In this document: in pieces, positions 48,778-61,877 of the stretch | How the letters are laid out: the number at the start of each line of letters is the position of its first letter | Numbering within the stretch: the first letter of the stretch is position 1 | Assembly (NCBI RefSeq): GCF_021028975.2 | Contig: NC_059425.1 | Span: forward strand, 102,734,001 to 102,798,000 | DNA length: 64,000 nucleotides | Direction: 5' to 3' | Origin: Sphaerodactylus townsendi | Taxonomy: Eukaryota | Notes under the pieces: model-generated | What the model was told of the DNA's origin: nothing | The model's database searches: none | What the model saw: only the letters and a program-made list of their open reading frames with translations | Program-made: the position numbers and the translations under genes

Positions 48778-49293
48778 GGCCGTTTCCGCATGGCAGCGGA
48801 AACGGCTGGGTCAGCACTTCTCGCGCCCACCCGAAGATGCTGGGACCGTCCGCACGGACGGTCCCGGGAAGAGGCGGGCAGCCAGCGCCACGAAGCGCCG
48901 GCGCCCGCATGACCCGGCTTGTCCCTGGGCCTCCGGCGTGTCGCCGAGGCCTGGGGACACGCCCCCCCTGGCCCTGCGCGCCTGCTCGAGCGGCGCAGGG
49001 CAGGGGGTCTTTCCCCAAATATCAGCGACAGTACCGGAGGCCCAGGGACAAGGTGAGTGCCGGGTCGGGGAGGCACCGTGAAGCCGCTGCCGTTGGCTCG
49101 GCAGCGGCTTCACGGCGGCGTATTCCGAAAAGAATGCTTCTTAGCGTTCTCGGAATACGCCGGCTGCGGGCCAGCTGGGCGGCGCGGGGGCGGCACCGCT
49201 GCGCTGCAGCTGCGCCGCCCGTGCGAATGGCAGCCTGGAGACGGCGTTTTTAACGTCTCCAGGCCGTCATTTTCCGCCCATGCGGAAACGGCC
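48778..49293. mobile_element. CpG-rich PIF/Harbinger-like MITE
   Basis: TIRs GGCCGTTTCCGCATGG / CCATGCGGAAACGGCC; 3-bp TSD AAA; shares GCGCCGCC(C/T)GTGCGAATGGC with 22473-22974. Confidence 0.9.
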
Positions 49294-51189
49294 AAAGAGA
49301 GTGTAGAAGGACACGAGAAAAAGATAATTGAAAGACAAATTCTGAGACAGAGATACTGACAGAAAAAGGCAGAAAATAAGAAAATAAATTAACTTTAATA
49401 TTGACAATAGTTTCTAAATATTTCATATTTGTAGCATATTTATCATATTGCATATTTGCAATATTGCATATGATGTGGGATGCTGAGGATGTGTCCTTTA
49501 AAAATGTAATTAATGTGATGTTTCATGTTGTTTTATTAAAACTGGGAAAGCTAAAACCTCATTCTCTTGACTCCGGCCCATTATGTTTGGAGCACTTTCT
49601 ACAGTGCTCCTAGCCCTGAGGTCCCTTTGTGGTGGGGTCTCCTTGTGTTTCCCTGTTTAAATGTGAGGAGCTCCATTGTCAGCTGCTCAGCCATGATCAA
49701 GCTTGTGGCTGCCTGCCCCCACTCAAAACACAAGATATTACCTTGCAAAGGTAGCATCAATGTTGTTTACATCAACATCAATTGCTTTTGCATTTTTAAG
49801 AAGAAACCAGCCATGTATCCCTGCTGGGGAGGAGGGCAGTGTTACCCATTCCTGTCAGGGATCCATGGCAGGTTTTTCCCTAAAAATTCAAGAGTAATGA
49901 AGAGCTGCCTCAACAATATCAATATAAGTAATATCAGTATTACCTTTAAAGAAACAAAACAGGAAACCTTCACCTTGCCTTTTGACTGCAGTAATTCAGA
50001 AGGAGGGAAACCCCGCAGCAAGAGGGAAACCTCACTGTTTCCCTTTGTCTTGCAAATTACAGGGCAGCCAGGATCTCCAGGGAGGCAACCTTAATGGTGT
50101 CTGCACAAGAATCTCAACCCTGCAGGAACCATGTCCTCACTGAGGGGCAGAACACCAGTGTGTAATCATCATCAAAGTGTTTCACCGAAATTAAATTTGA
50201 GATCCTGAACAGTGGTAACCAAGAAACTTCTTCAGTCTAGGTAACCACTTGTTCTGGCTAGCTCAGCATTTGTGTATACAGTTCTCATCACTAAGTCACT
50301 TCCCAGAGATTTGCAGCTGACTATGTGAGCTGTATCCATAGAAAAGTTGTGGTCTTCACCAAAGAATTGAAGGAAGAGACTAGATTCAGCTGAGTAGTTA
50401 CTGCCAAGGTGGACCCTCTGATCATGTGTTTGGTAGTGATCATGTAGTTCACATTCAGTGACAGAAACCACACCTGAGGTTCTGGATACTGGTTTCATGG
50501 ACAGGTCATGGAAGTCATTCTTATAGCACCATTGTGAATGTGTTGTCCCTGATTCAGTATTCAGGAAGAAGTCTGCTGTGTCACTACATTCTGCCATTTT
50601 CACTATTGTGCACCACCCCCATGCCCTTCCTTAATGATTCTGGCCACTGCGGAACATGGGTAGACAGGGCAGATGAATGGAGGCCATCATTTGTGTGCTG
50701 TAGTGTATTTCAATGGAGCCTATGCAAGTCACTTGGCATTCTGGGCTCCCATGGTATCCAACGGAGCTTCTGGCATCTCCTATTGTTTCCAATGGGCATC
50801 CCTGTTAATCATTTTATTAAAACCCATCCCCTTATTTGCTAAGCTACTCTATGCTGAACAATTGGCAGTTATAGAAAGGTTAGAAAAAAACCCCAAATGA
50901 TCAAACTACAGCACTGAAATCCCAAAAATGTGTTTATAACAAAGAAAAGCTGATCGAAAACAGTCTATCTTGAAGACCCACTAAAAAGCATGGCACTTCA
51001 CAGAAAATAACAATGTGAAAGGAGACAGGTTGTTGATAAAAGATGACCCAAAACTTCCATTAGAACCTAATGTATTAATATACACTTCTACTAACTCTTG
51101 TATCTTTCTTGAAGATAAAAAGAGCTAGAAAAGAACTCTATAAGTCATCAATAGTGGCATTCATTATAAGAAATCATAAGGCAGGTTCC

Positions 51190-51950
51190 AGTAAGATCAT
51201 GTCACTAAATGTTAATGGACTTAATGAACCCTATAAACGTTGTACATTTTTCCACAAACTTGCTAAAGAAAAAGCAGATCAGATCTTTTTACAAGAAACA
51301 CATATTCTAGATAACCATTCTCATTCTGAGGAATCAACTTTAGGCAAATTATATGTTGCCTCTTCAAAACAAAAATCAAAAAGTGTCGTTATCTATGTTA
51401 AAAATTCAACTGTTAAGATTAGTCAAAATCTATGTGATAAGGACAGTAGATTTATTTTAATTAAAGGACAGTTTCTTGGGGGGAAGTCACCCTTGGGAAT
51501 ATATACGCACCAAATAAAAACAAAGAAACCTTTTTGGATGATCTACATGAAGTCTCTTCTCTTTCTCAGAAGGTGATTTGTTGTTAGTGAGAAATTTTAA
51601 TGCTGAAATGAACCCAATTTTGGATAGGAGTTAAGATTAAAAATATTGCTTTACGGTTCTTACCTCAACCCCCCCCCCCCATTTCAGTTGATAGATATAT
51701 GGAGATACCATCATCCTTTAGAAAGGGATTATACATTTTTCTCATCTGCTCATAAATTGTAGTCTAGAACTGATTTCTTATCTCAAATCCACTGATAAAC
51801 AGAACAAATACTGTTCAAATTGGAAACTTTATATATGCTGATCATGCCCCAATTTATCTGGAATTTAATAAAATACATTCCAAAAGTCTTAGTATTTGAA
51901 TAATGAAATGCTGGTTTATATAAAAATTAAGGATGAACCAATCAAACAAA
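51190..51950 (+). mobile_element. L1-clade ORF2 endonuclease fragment, decayed
   Basis: KIMSLNVNGLN..IFLQETH..VVIYVK..DKDSRFILIKG; later ERDYTFFS, DHAPI. Confidence 0.85.
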
Positions 51951-51992
51951 AAAAAAGCTTTTATTGTTAACCATATTCTAACCATTTCTACA

Positions 51993-52212
51993 TGGGTGCT
52001 GTGTGGTTTCCGGGCTGTATGGCTGTGTTCTAGCAGCATTCTCTCCTGACATTTCGCCTGCATCTGTGGCTGGCATCTTCAGAGGATCGTCTGAAGATGC
52101 CAGCCACAGATGCAGGCGAAACGTCAGGAGAGAATGCTGCTAGAACACGGCCATACAGCCCGGAAACCACACAGCACCCAAGTGATTCCGGCCGTGAAAG
52201 CCTTCGACAATA
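51993..52212. mobile_element. Penelope pLTR remnant as an inverted dimer (91-bp arms), with a hammerhead motif on each strand
   Basis: Arms 51993-52083 and 52090-52180; Penelope terminus GTGAAAGCCTTCGACAATA; TSD CATTTCTACATG (51983-51994, 52213-52224). Confidence 0.92.
52087..52129 (+). ncRNA. Minimal hammerhead ribozyme motif (GUC cleavage triplet at 52123-52125)
   Basis: CTGAAGA(52091)-T-GCC..GGC-GAAAC-GTC-AGGA; mirror copy on the minus strand at ~52044-52086. Confidence 0.72.
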
Positions 52213-52399
52213 CATTTCTACATGCATTTTTTCTTCTAACAGTTATGTGCCTCTATAGTATTACAAACCATTTTATATTATTTAGACATTTATACCTGCT
52301 CTACATTACTTTTATTAACCCATCTTACTCTATCTAACTCTTCTTAAATTGGTCTCTTGATGTGTAATACTGTCTACCACTTTAAAAAAAACCCACCCT

Positions 52400-52797
52400 C
52401 CCATAGTTGGCTCAAAGTGCCAGGTGGGTGGCAACATATGACATTCCAACTGTGGCGGTCATGTGGCTAAGAACTATGGGTTGGGGAAAGACCTGGTGAC
52501 CTACCCCACAAAACCTTCACCATGAAACTCTATGGATCAGATTCAACATGCTTCAAATATGGTGCTCAACAGTAGGCCCCCCCAGGTTGAACAGCATCAA
52601 CCATGCAACTGGGGAAGAGTGAAGGAGGACCCAAAGTACTCAGGACAAGGATGACATAAATGGGAGAAACCCTTATAGGACCCCAATTGCTGATGTGGTC
52701 CGTGACCAAAAGGGTTACCTGAGCTGCAAAGATCGTTATATCATTGAAACACGGAATGTGAGAGGAATGTACATTGGAAGGCTGGAGACCATCAAGA
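52400..52797 (+). mobile_element. RTE/BovB-like LINE 5' fragment
   Basis: SCKDRYIIETRNVRGMYIGRLETI resembles the RTE endonuclease start (IGTWNVR); cut off by the CR1 that follows. Confidence 0.6.
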
Positions 52798-53468
52798 GTC
52801 ATGCCCTTAAATAAAGCAGTGGTGCAACCGCACTTGGAGTACTGTGTTCAGTTCTGGTCACCACATCTCAAAAAGGATATCAAAAAGATAGAAAAAGTGC
52901 AGAGAAGGGCAACGAGGATAATTGAGGGACTGGAGCACCTTCCTTATGAGGAGAGGCTGCAGCATTTGGAACTCTTTAGTTTGAAAAGGAGACATCTGAA
53001 GGGGAATATGGTTGAAGTCTATAAAATTATGCATGGGGTAGAAAATGTCGACAGAGATAATTTTTTCTCTCTTTCTCAGAATACTAAAACCAGGGGGCAT
53101 ACATTGAAAATGCTGGGGGCGGGGGCGGGGAGAGAATTAGGACTAATAAAAGGTAACATTTCTTCACGCAACGTGTGATTGGTGTTTGAAATATGCTGCC
53201 ACAGGAGGTGGTGATGGCCACTAACCTGGATAGCTTTAAAAGGACAGATTTATGGAGGAGAAGTCAGTCTATGGCTACCAATCTTAATCCTCCTTGATCT
53301 GAGATTGCAAATGCCTTAGCAGACCAGGTGCTTGGGAGCAGCAGCAGCAGCAGAAGGCCATTGCTTTCACATCCTGCATGTGAGCTCCCAAAGGCCACTG
53401 CAAATAGCAGAGTGCTGGACTAGATGGACTCTGGTCTCATCCAGCAGGCTCTTTCTTATGTTCTTATG
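52798..53468 (+). mobile_element. Young CR1 3' fragment
   Basis: [36 protein letters not shown]; TTCTTATG tail. Confidence 0.92.
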
Positions 53469-54120
53469 AGTCATGTTCAGTTTGTGGTCTACTAAGACTC
53501 CCAGATCCCTTTCGCATGTAGTGTTTTCAAGCCAGGTGTCACCCATCTTATATCTGAGCTTTTCATTTTTTTCTGCCTAAGTGTAGTATCTTATATTTAT
53601 CTCGGTTGAAATTCATTTTGTTTGTTTTGGCCCAGCTCTCTAATCTATCCAGGTCATTTTGAATTCTGACTCTGTCCTCTGGGGTATTACCTACCCCTCC
53701 TATTTTGGTGTCATCTGCAAATTTGATTAGCATGCCTTCTATTCCATCATCCATGTCGTTGATAAAAAATATTGAATAGCACTGGGCCCAGGACAAAATC
53801 CTGTGGCACCCCACTAGTCACTTCCCTCCAGGATGAAGATAAGCCCTTTGAGTTCAGTCAGTCAACCAATTAGAAATCCATCTAATAGTAGCATTGTCTA
53901 TTCCACATTTCACTAGCTTACTTGCGAGAATATTATGAGGCACCTTGTCAAAAGCTTTACTAACATCAAGGTATGCTATTTCCTTCATCTACCAAGCTTT
54001 TCACTCTATCAAAAAAAGATTAGTCTGGCAGTATTCCCTTATAAGTCCTGGCAGACCATCTGTTTTATTATCTGCTCCAGAAACTTCCCTGGTGTTGATG
54101 TCAGGCTGACTGGGCGGTAA
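53469..54120 (-). mobile_element. CR1 RT fragment (different subfamily)
   Basis: [40 protein letters not shown]; PGKFLEQIIKQ. Confidence 0.88.
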
Positions 54121-54959
54121 TTGAAAGTGCATTATTCTGCATGCGCGGAATGAGCCTTAGTGTTTGTCATGGATTATTAATGGTTTAAATGGTCAAAATA
54201 AAAGAAGGAAAAACGTTATCTAAAAAAAAAGAAGGTGCATATTTGTTGTTTACAAGAAATACATATCATTCTGCTTTGAGGTATTATAAGTGTTTGGCAA
54301 TGACTGGCATTGTTTCTTTGCCCCCATTATCTTTATTAAATATAATAAGTGAAGCTTTCCAATTGCAGTATAAAACTCTTAAGGTGATCCAATATAGGCA
54401 ATGATTCCGTATCGGATGTAGCCAAAATTAAATTAGTACAGCTGAATGGTTTAAAATAATACTACTTCAAGAGTTTTTAAAACATGTAGAAAGTTAAAAG
54501 TATAAAATCTTAGAGTGATTAGGAATTTCCAAAAATTGGATAATTTAAGGCTGCTACTACTGTGCTGAGGGCTACTCCCAATTCAGGTAAGGTGATAGCA
54601 ACCAATTAGCCATTCCAGAATACTCAGCAAATTAAAGTCTTTATCTTTCCTAGGGTGAAATAGCACTCTGAAGAAGAGGAAACAGTTTCAAAGTTGTCAA
54701 GCTCAAATTAGAAACCATCTAGTGCTCTGGGCAATACAGGCTAAGATGATAACAGAACGTGGAGAAAAATACCACATTTGCTGTTTTCCTCTCACCCGGA
54801 AGTTCCTCCATCATCAAATGTGGAAATTAGAACACAAGAGGTGTTAAATATTTTAAGAAAGAAATTTTGGATTAGAATTTATTTCAGGAAGAAATGTTGG
54901 TAAAAAATGTGGTGGTGTACTTTATGTTAATGGTGTTAATTATACTTTTGAGCTTTGTC

Positions 54960-57520
54960 TCTGATCAAAGACCAATAATGATGGCACTAAAAACCAAGAC
55001 AGGACAATCTGAATACAGATGGAGACTGAATGAATCTTTTCTATTGAATGATTCAGTAATTAATGATTGTAATATTAAGATAAAATATTTTGAGATTAAT
55101 AAGACTGAGGATTTGAATATGAAAATTGGGATGCATTTAAGGCTCATATCAAAGGTATTTTATTTCTCATAGTAGTAGAATTAAAAAAAGAAAACTGTAA
55201 GAAATATGATGAGAAGTAGTGAAATTGTTACACTGGGGGAAAAAGTTGGTGGAAGAACCTAATAACAAGGCAGTTATATTTTGTGAAACAACAATATAAA
55301 ACTAAATGGTCTGAAGAGTTAGGCAAACAATTAATTAGAACACAGCAGAAGTTTTTTGAGTATGAAAATAAGCCAAAATAATGGCTGGCCCAGAAAACTA
55401 GATTAAAACAAAGATGAAGTTGGATAACTAATATTAAAACCGAGAAAGAAATCCTTAATTATCCTGAAGAAATTAAAACTGAATTTCTGAAATTCTTTTC
55501 AAACTTGTGTGAAGAGAAAAATATAGGTCACTCAGCTTAGAATCAATTATTTGAGAAGTACCCAGTTGTTAGTGTAAATGAACATGATATAAAAGATTTA
55601 AATGCAACAATAACTAAAGAGGAAATAGCTCAGGTAATTAGGGAATAATTAGGGGATTAAAAGATAGTAGAGCACTGGGCCTGATGGTGTAACCAATTTA
55701 TTTTATGAACTTTTTAAATGTTGTTTAATGAGATTGATCTTTGAGAAATCCTGGAATCCTAGAAGGATGCAAGGATAACCTTAATTTCTAAATTAGACAA
55801 AGAGCTTCTGGAGTTTTCTAACTTTAGACTGACCTCGTTATTGAATTCTGATTTCAAAATTTTCACAGGAATTTTGACTAATAGACTCGAAGTAATTCTT
55901 AATAAATATATTCATGAGGACCAGTCTGGATTTCTCCCTGGAAGGTAGATTAAATATGTCAGAATAATATTTGATATTTTAGAACTATTTGAGCAGTCCC
56001 CTAATAGACAGCTAGCATTATTATTTATCAATATGGAAAAAGCTTTTGATAAACTCAGCTGGGACTTTCTCTTGGAGATTTGGATGGATGGAAATTTGGT
56101 GACAAATTAACTCTTCGATTAAACATATATATACAGAACAATGGGCCAGGTTAATTGTTAATATCTAATAAATTTCCAATAAAATTTCTAATAAAATAAA
56201 ATGGGCTGCCCCATTTTACCCTTATTGTTTATAACAGCTCTCAAATCTTTAAATGAGAGCAGTACAAGAGATCAGAACATTCAAGGTATAAAAATAAAAT
56301 ATGACACTAAGATAAAATATGGGTCTCTCAACGTGAAGCTCTATTAAGTAGGCACAACCCAAGTAAGAACTGGTTGAGATATTTGGATACAGTTATTAAG
56401 GAGGAAATAGAAGGAAAACGTAAATATAAATTGAAGGCTCAAGAAGAACTAAATTGGATCAGTTGGAATATTAATTGGTGGCTTTATTCATCTACTAAAA
56501 GATTGTTGGGACTCTGATAAAAATAAATTTTTAAAAATTAAAGAATTAGATAGTCTTGAAGAAAAATTATTGAAACAAAAGGACCATTTGATTAAAAAGA
56601 TGTATGACTTACCTTTAACTTTAGAGGTTGAAAATGAGTATGTTAAAGAATATATGATAACTTGGGCTATGGATGTGGGCTATAATATCAATTTGGAAAC
56701 TTGGAAAAATGTATATATAGATAGATATAGGATTTATAACCTGCCCTATTCCTGTGAGGCTCAGGGTGGGTTATGGAATATGAAATAAAGACCTGAAAAA
56801 CTCTAAGAGTTTTTATATAAGAGAAAACCACTATTTTTTCATTGGTATTATACACTTCAAAAGATTGCAAAAATAAAAAAATCTCCAGGACTTTGCTGGA
56901 AAGGTGGGAAACATCTGGGTACCTTTTCCCATAAATAGTGGAGCTGGGTTAAAGCTAAGAAATGTTGGAAAATCATATATAAAGAAATATTGATAATACT
57001 AAATTGGAGATTTGAGAAAAAACGGCGATATATCTTTTAGGGATTATTGATAAAAATATGAATATAAGACTACACTGTTTAGATATTTGTCAACAACAGC
57101 TGGGATACTTTGAGCTAAATATTGGAGAGTCAAGAAAACTCCATCAATAACATAATGGCAACATATAGTTATAAATATTGTTAGAACAGCCAAGCTTTCA
57201 AGTTATATAGATTATAAATTGGACTCTGATTTTAGGGAGGAATGGAGAAACTGAATAACTTATATAAAAGGAAAACCTGAATATAATCATGTAACTGTAT
57301 ATGGTATATACTTTTGCATTTGTTTTTTTTCTTTTTATTATTTTTATTGTTTTGTTTCTTTTAATATTATTTCTACTACTACTATGTATCTTCCCTTTAT
57401 TTTTATTTTCTTTATTTTTACTGTTATCATTTCTTTTTCTAGTTTATTTAATTGCTTGTTTTAACATGTGTTTATTTTTAAACAATGCAGTAGCTAGAAG
57501 TGCCTTTAGTTATAATGTAA
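54960..57520 (+). mobile_element. Decayed L1-clade LINE (ORF2 RT to 3' UTR)
   Basis: WRLNESFL, LLNSDFKIF, IHEDQSGFLPG, MEKAFDKLSW, GCPILPLLF, CWKGG..GTFSH motifs with many stops; T-rich UTR and AATAAA. Confidence 0.85.
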
Positions 57521-57738
57521 ATATTCTGTATCTATTTATGCATTGTATTTTGTGAATATTGAAATAAAAACTTATTGCTAAAAATATGAAGTGAATATGA
57601 AGTGAACAGTGATTCATGAAAGCAGTTGAAATAAATGTTATTAGTCTTTAAGGTGTCGCTTTTATGATTTTTCACACCATCTTGAGCTATTCAAAAGGGG
57701 GAAATGGAGAATGCTAATAAATAATAAACTAATGTGAG

Positions 57739-57911
57739 TGGTTGTGGTGGGTTTTCCAGGCTGTGTGGCCGTGGTCTTACGGACTTCCCTCTGTGATATA
57801 CCTCTGAAGATGCCAGCCACAGATGCAGGTGAACAAGATCCACCAGGCCACGGCCACACAGCCCGGAAAACCCACCACAACCAGTTGAATCCAGCCGTGA
57901 AAGCCTTCGAC
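57739..57911. mobile_element. Penelope pLTR remnant with inverted end and a degenerate hammerhead
   Basis: 16-bp TSD AATAAACTAA(T/C)GTGAG (57723-57738, 57912-57927); CTGAAGATGCCAGCCACAGATGCAGG present but GAAAC box lost. Confidence 0.9.
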
Positions 57912-59139
57912 AATAAACTAACGTGAGATTCCTGCTTTATGTAACAAGCCTCATGGAAATACTATTTTAATGCACTGCTAGAGGCAGAGTGGGGGGGGGG
58001 ACTGCCAATCAAATGAAATTAGATAGAAAGGAAAATGTCAATAATAAATAGCATCCTCCATTAGGCCACATAATGAGGTGGTCTCAAAGTGTTCAATTTT
58101 TTCCTGTTTCATACTTATACACTAAACCCAGACCTGGTACTCATCTATTAAAAACCTAATTTGAAACATGTTATTTTACTAATTGGATTATTAGACATTA
58201 TAATGCATAAACAGTGTGTTACTGGAATAAACAAATGAAGTATTTTCTTTAAATAATGTATCTGTATAGCTTCTCTTGAAAACCTTGCATAAAGGTGGTA
58301 ATGCTTTTTTTGGTAGCAAAAACTTCTCAAGTGTGAATTAGCCCATTAGCCCATTTTAATGTTAGCAAAATTGAGCAAAGGTCATGTGGCAAACAATGTA
58401 AGAGCTGAGTTGAGTCATTCGAAAAGGCATTACTAAAAGCAATAATTACCATTGCATGTTGAGCCAGTACGAAAAAAAACTTATATTGTTGGTTTAACGT
58501 TATTTTAAGAATAACAAAATTTGAGTTCAGTAGCACCTTAAAAACTGACAAAATTTTCCAGTGTATAAGTTTTTGAATCAAAGCTCACTTCGTTAGATAT
58601 CTTTAAAATATCTGGAAGATTTGTTGATACTACCGGACACAAATTTATTCTGCTACTGCAGACTAACATGGCAACCCAACCCGAAACTGTGTTAATATTA
58701 GAGTATTTGTCGAACAGAATAACACTGTTCATAACTCTAGGCAGAACTTATTTATTCAGAACTTTCATAGTGACACTCAAAACATAGGCAGCCATATAAA
58801 GCAGTTTTAGTAGCCACAGGTGGACACAGCTTTGTAAACAGATCTCAACATGATGAGAAACAGTCCAGAGCTTTACTTCATTTGCAGCCCCATCCAAAGA
58901 TATGTGTGTGGGGGGGATGACTAGTAGGAGCAGCACACCCTGGCACCAGCATGTTCTCCTTGCCAGGAAACTTACCCAGGCAGAGGGCCAGACACGTCAG
59001 CAGCCAGTCGCTCACCACCACAGAACCTGGAAGTTTGGGCTGCAGCAGGGCTGCACTGGTGTCCCACTTGGACACCAACATGGGTGGGGGTGGACTGGGG
59101 CATTTCTGGGGTGCAGCCAAATTTAGTTGGCACCCTATG

Positions 59140-60360
59140 GGTAAAAGAGAACATCTTGTAATTAATGTTAATAAAACCAAAATAATGGCTTTTGGTAGTC
59201 ACACAAAAATCAGAAAGTGGAGGGTAAATGGTAACAAGATTGAACAGGTTACCAAATTCCAATATTTAGGGGTAGTGTTCCAGGCTTCTGGAGCAAATAC
59301 AGCACACTGTACAGCTGTAATAGAATGTGCTGAAAGGACGTCACAGGTGGCATTAAGATTTCTTTTACACTAAAGGGGGTCAATACATACCTGTTGCGTT
59401 AAAACTATATAACTTTAAAATATTGGCACAATTGTTATATGGTATTTATGGTACTTACTCTGGTATATCTAATTCATCCTTATCCCTCCTAGAAAGATTT
59501 CAGTCTAAATTTCTCAGAGCAATCCTTCAGAAGCTGCCCGGGATTTCCAATGCAATCCATGCCTGAAAACGGGCATAAAGAGAATGGAGGAAAAATTCTT
59601 TTACTTTCAGCCTACCAATGGCTTAGAATCTAACCTAATGCTGAGGGTCTGTTAGGATAAATTGCACAAAATTCTTTTCAGGCTAGATGGATGAATATAG
59701 TACAACTTGGACTAACAAAAATGGGACTGTCAACTAATAATCTTAGGTCAATAAGTGTGATACAAGCAAAAAGCCTTATTAAACAGAGATTTAATTAAAG
59801 CCCTGGATTTCCAGAGCCCTGAGACAAAGAGATACATTATGTCTCTAGCATCTTATTTAGTAAATTTAGATGCTCAGCCTTTTAGAAGGGCTTTTACTTT
59901 GGTTAGGTGTGCAGCATTACCTTCAGCAGTGGTGAATGGTTGATATGGGAGAATACCCCTAGCTGAAAGATGATGTGCACGCTCTTTGGGAGAGGTCGAA
60001 ACTATGAGTCATATTTTTTTTCAATATCCTTTTCATAATGAAATATGAACAAAGATTATTCAACCTCTTATTAATAAATTTTTGTTCCCATGAAACTTAT
60101 TTAGAAGAACTGTTAGAGGACACTGATAATTATATATCCAAGCAAGTAGCATTATTTTGTGCTTACAGTGTTAAACATCGTAAACAAGATAATTTAATTC
60201 AGATCTCATATGCAGTTGCTTGGTTAATAGTTTTAATAAATTGGTAATTTATATAGAAGATTCTATTATTGTTTAAAGATTGTGTAAATTTTTAATTCAC
60301 AATTTTAAGTCTTATTTAATTAATTGTTGGCATTTGATCTATGACTGTAAATAAACAATT
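59140..60360 (+). mobile_element. Decayed non-LTR LINE 3' fragment (clade uncertain, RTE-X-like)
   Basis: LVINVNKTKIMAFG..NGNKIEQVTKFQYLGV; later C/H-containing region; AATAAAC tail. Confidence 0.65.
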
Positions 60361-60629
60361 GAATGATTGCTCCCATATAGCATGGTGCACCTGCGCTCAA
60401 ACATACACCTGCCTTTCAGCAGTGTACATTCATTCAGTCCTATGAGCTTTTTGGAGGTAGGGAGATCCAGGGGTTTTCTGTGCCCCACGCATTTCCAAAA
60501 AGCCCCTCTGGAGATGGCAGGAGGGCACTGCATCAGTATTGAAGCTTGCTGCCTCCAGGTTTGGATGGGGCTGCCCAACTAAGTAAGAGATTTGCAGCAC
60601 CACTATAAGTAGTTACACCAGTGACATAG

Positions 60630-61877
60630 GTGTTACGGCCTTAACAGGGGTAAGGATTTTATTAAAGGGATTCTCCACCAGCTGCTAAAAGTGTAAACAG
60701 CACACATAGGATTTTAAAAGTAGCAAAGGGGAATGAACGCTCACGTTGGCAGAGAGAGGGGCCGAGAGGGGATCTTTTAGACTGTGTCTACGGGGAAGGA
60801 ATTCTAGCAATGGATATTCCACAGAGAAGCAAGAGTCCAAATTGAATTTAAATGCTTTATATAAATTTGTTTAAAGATACACACACCCAGTAAGACACAA
60901 GGGCACATACATTTCAAGTTCTAAGATATAGAAAGGTGTTAGAAATATAGATTGGAGATAGAAATGGAGGGTTTCAAGGGAAATACTTTACCCTATGATT
61001 CTTAGGAGGGTAGAAATTAGAAGGCAGGGATTCCATGCCAGCACAGGAACCCAATGAAGGGCCAGATCCATGTCTCAACACCACAGCAAGAGCACATGTG
61101 GCAAAGAGCACATGTGTTGGGGTGAACTGATCTTTTATACTCTTTTGCCCAGGAAGAGAGGCGGGGAACTGAGTGAGTTTCCCTTTTTTTTCTAGAAATT
61201 CTCTGGAATTTCCCATGCTGGAAAAAAAGCTTAGGGGTGCACTGAGAGTAATTAATCCAGCTCTTCTATTGTTCACCTACACCTTGGGATAATGGGAGTC
61301 AATTGGTCCTAGATTAAGTCAGGAGGCTTACCAGAATTGGCTGTCATGCAAAAGTAGCTCTGATTTTTGGGCTGAGACATTAGACCAGGGAAAGGGTGGA
61401 GTGCTTTAGGAAAATTCATAACAATGGGAGAGGAGGAGATGCAGAGAAGCAACCATCTGTTGATTAGGCGGTTTCCAAGAAGAGATAGGGGGAAATGACA
61501 GTATCTGATCCATATTCTTTGTTAACAGTATCTTTTGCAAGGTAGAGGTAATCAAGCATTCTAGTTGACTCAAATGAGGGGCCTCAGAGTTATGCTGGAG
61601 TAACTCATGATCTTAACTTTGTTAAAGAGTAGTTTTGACCCTTTTGACATGCTACCTACAACCCACTTAGAAGTGCTTTTTTGGCAACTAGCTTTTTGCC
61701 AATATGATTTTAAAGCAGAAATATATATAAATAATATTCTTGCAGGGTCCCTTTGGGTGCGTTGACAGATTCCCCAGCAAGAAAACCGTGGAGGCCCGGA
61801 GTGCAAGGAGTTTTTCTAAACAAACAAACAAGAGGAAGGGAGGAGTAGGGGGGTTAATACTCCAGTGGGCTTCCTAC
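60630..61877 (-). mobile_element. Possible ERV-type LTR
   Basis: Minus strand starts TGTAGGAAGCCC; TATAAAA on the minus strand near 61135; no TSD confirmed. Confidence 0.35.

Noticed and set aside
48612-49359. Second gene or CpG-island promoter downstream of EPM2A
   Set aside because: The CpG-rich block is bounded exactly by TIRs and a 3-bp TSD and is related to the MITE at 22473; the ORFs are compositional.
57802-57840. Active hammerhead ribozyme
   Set aside because: The GAAAC core box and cleavage triplet are deleted (reads GCAGGTGAACAAG).
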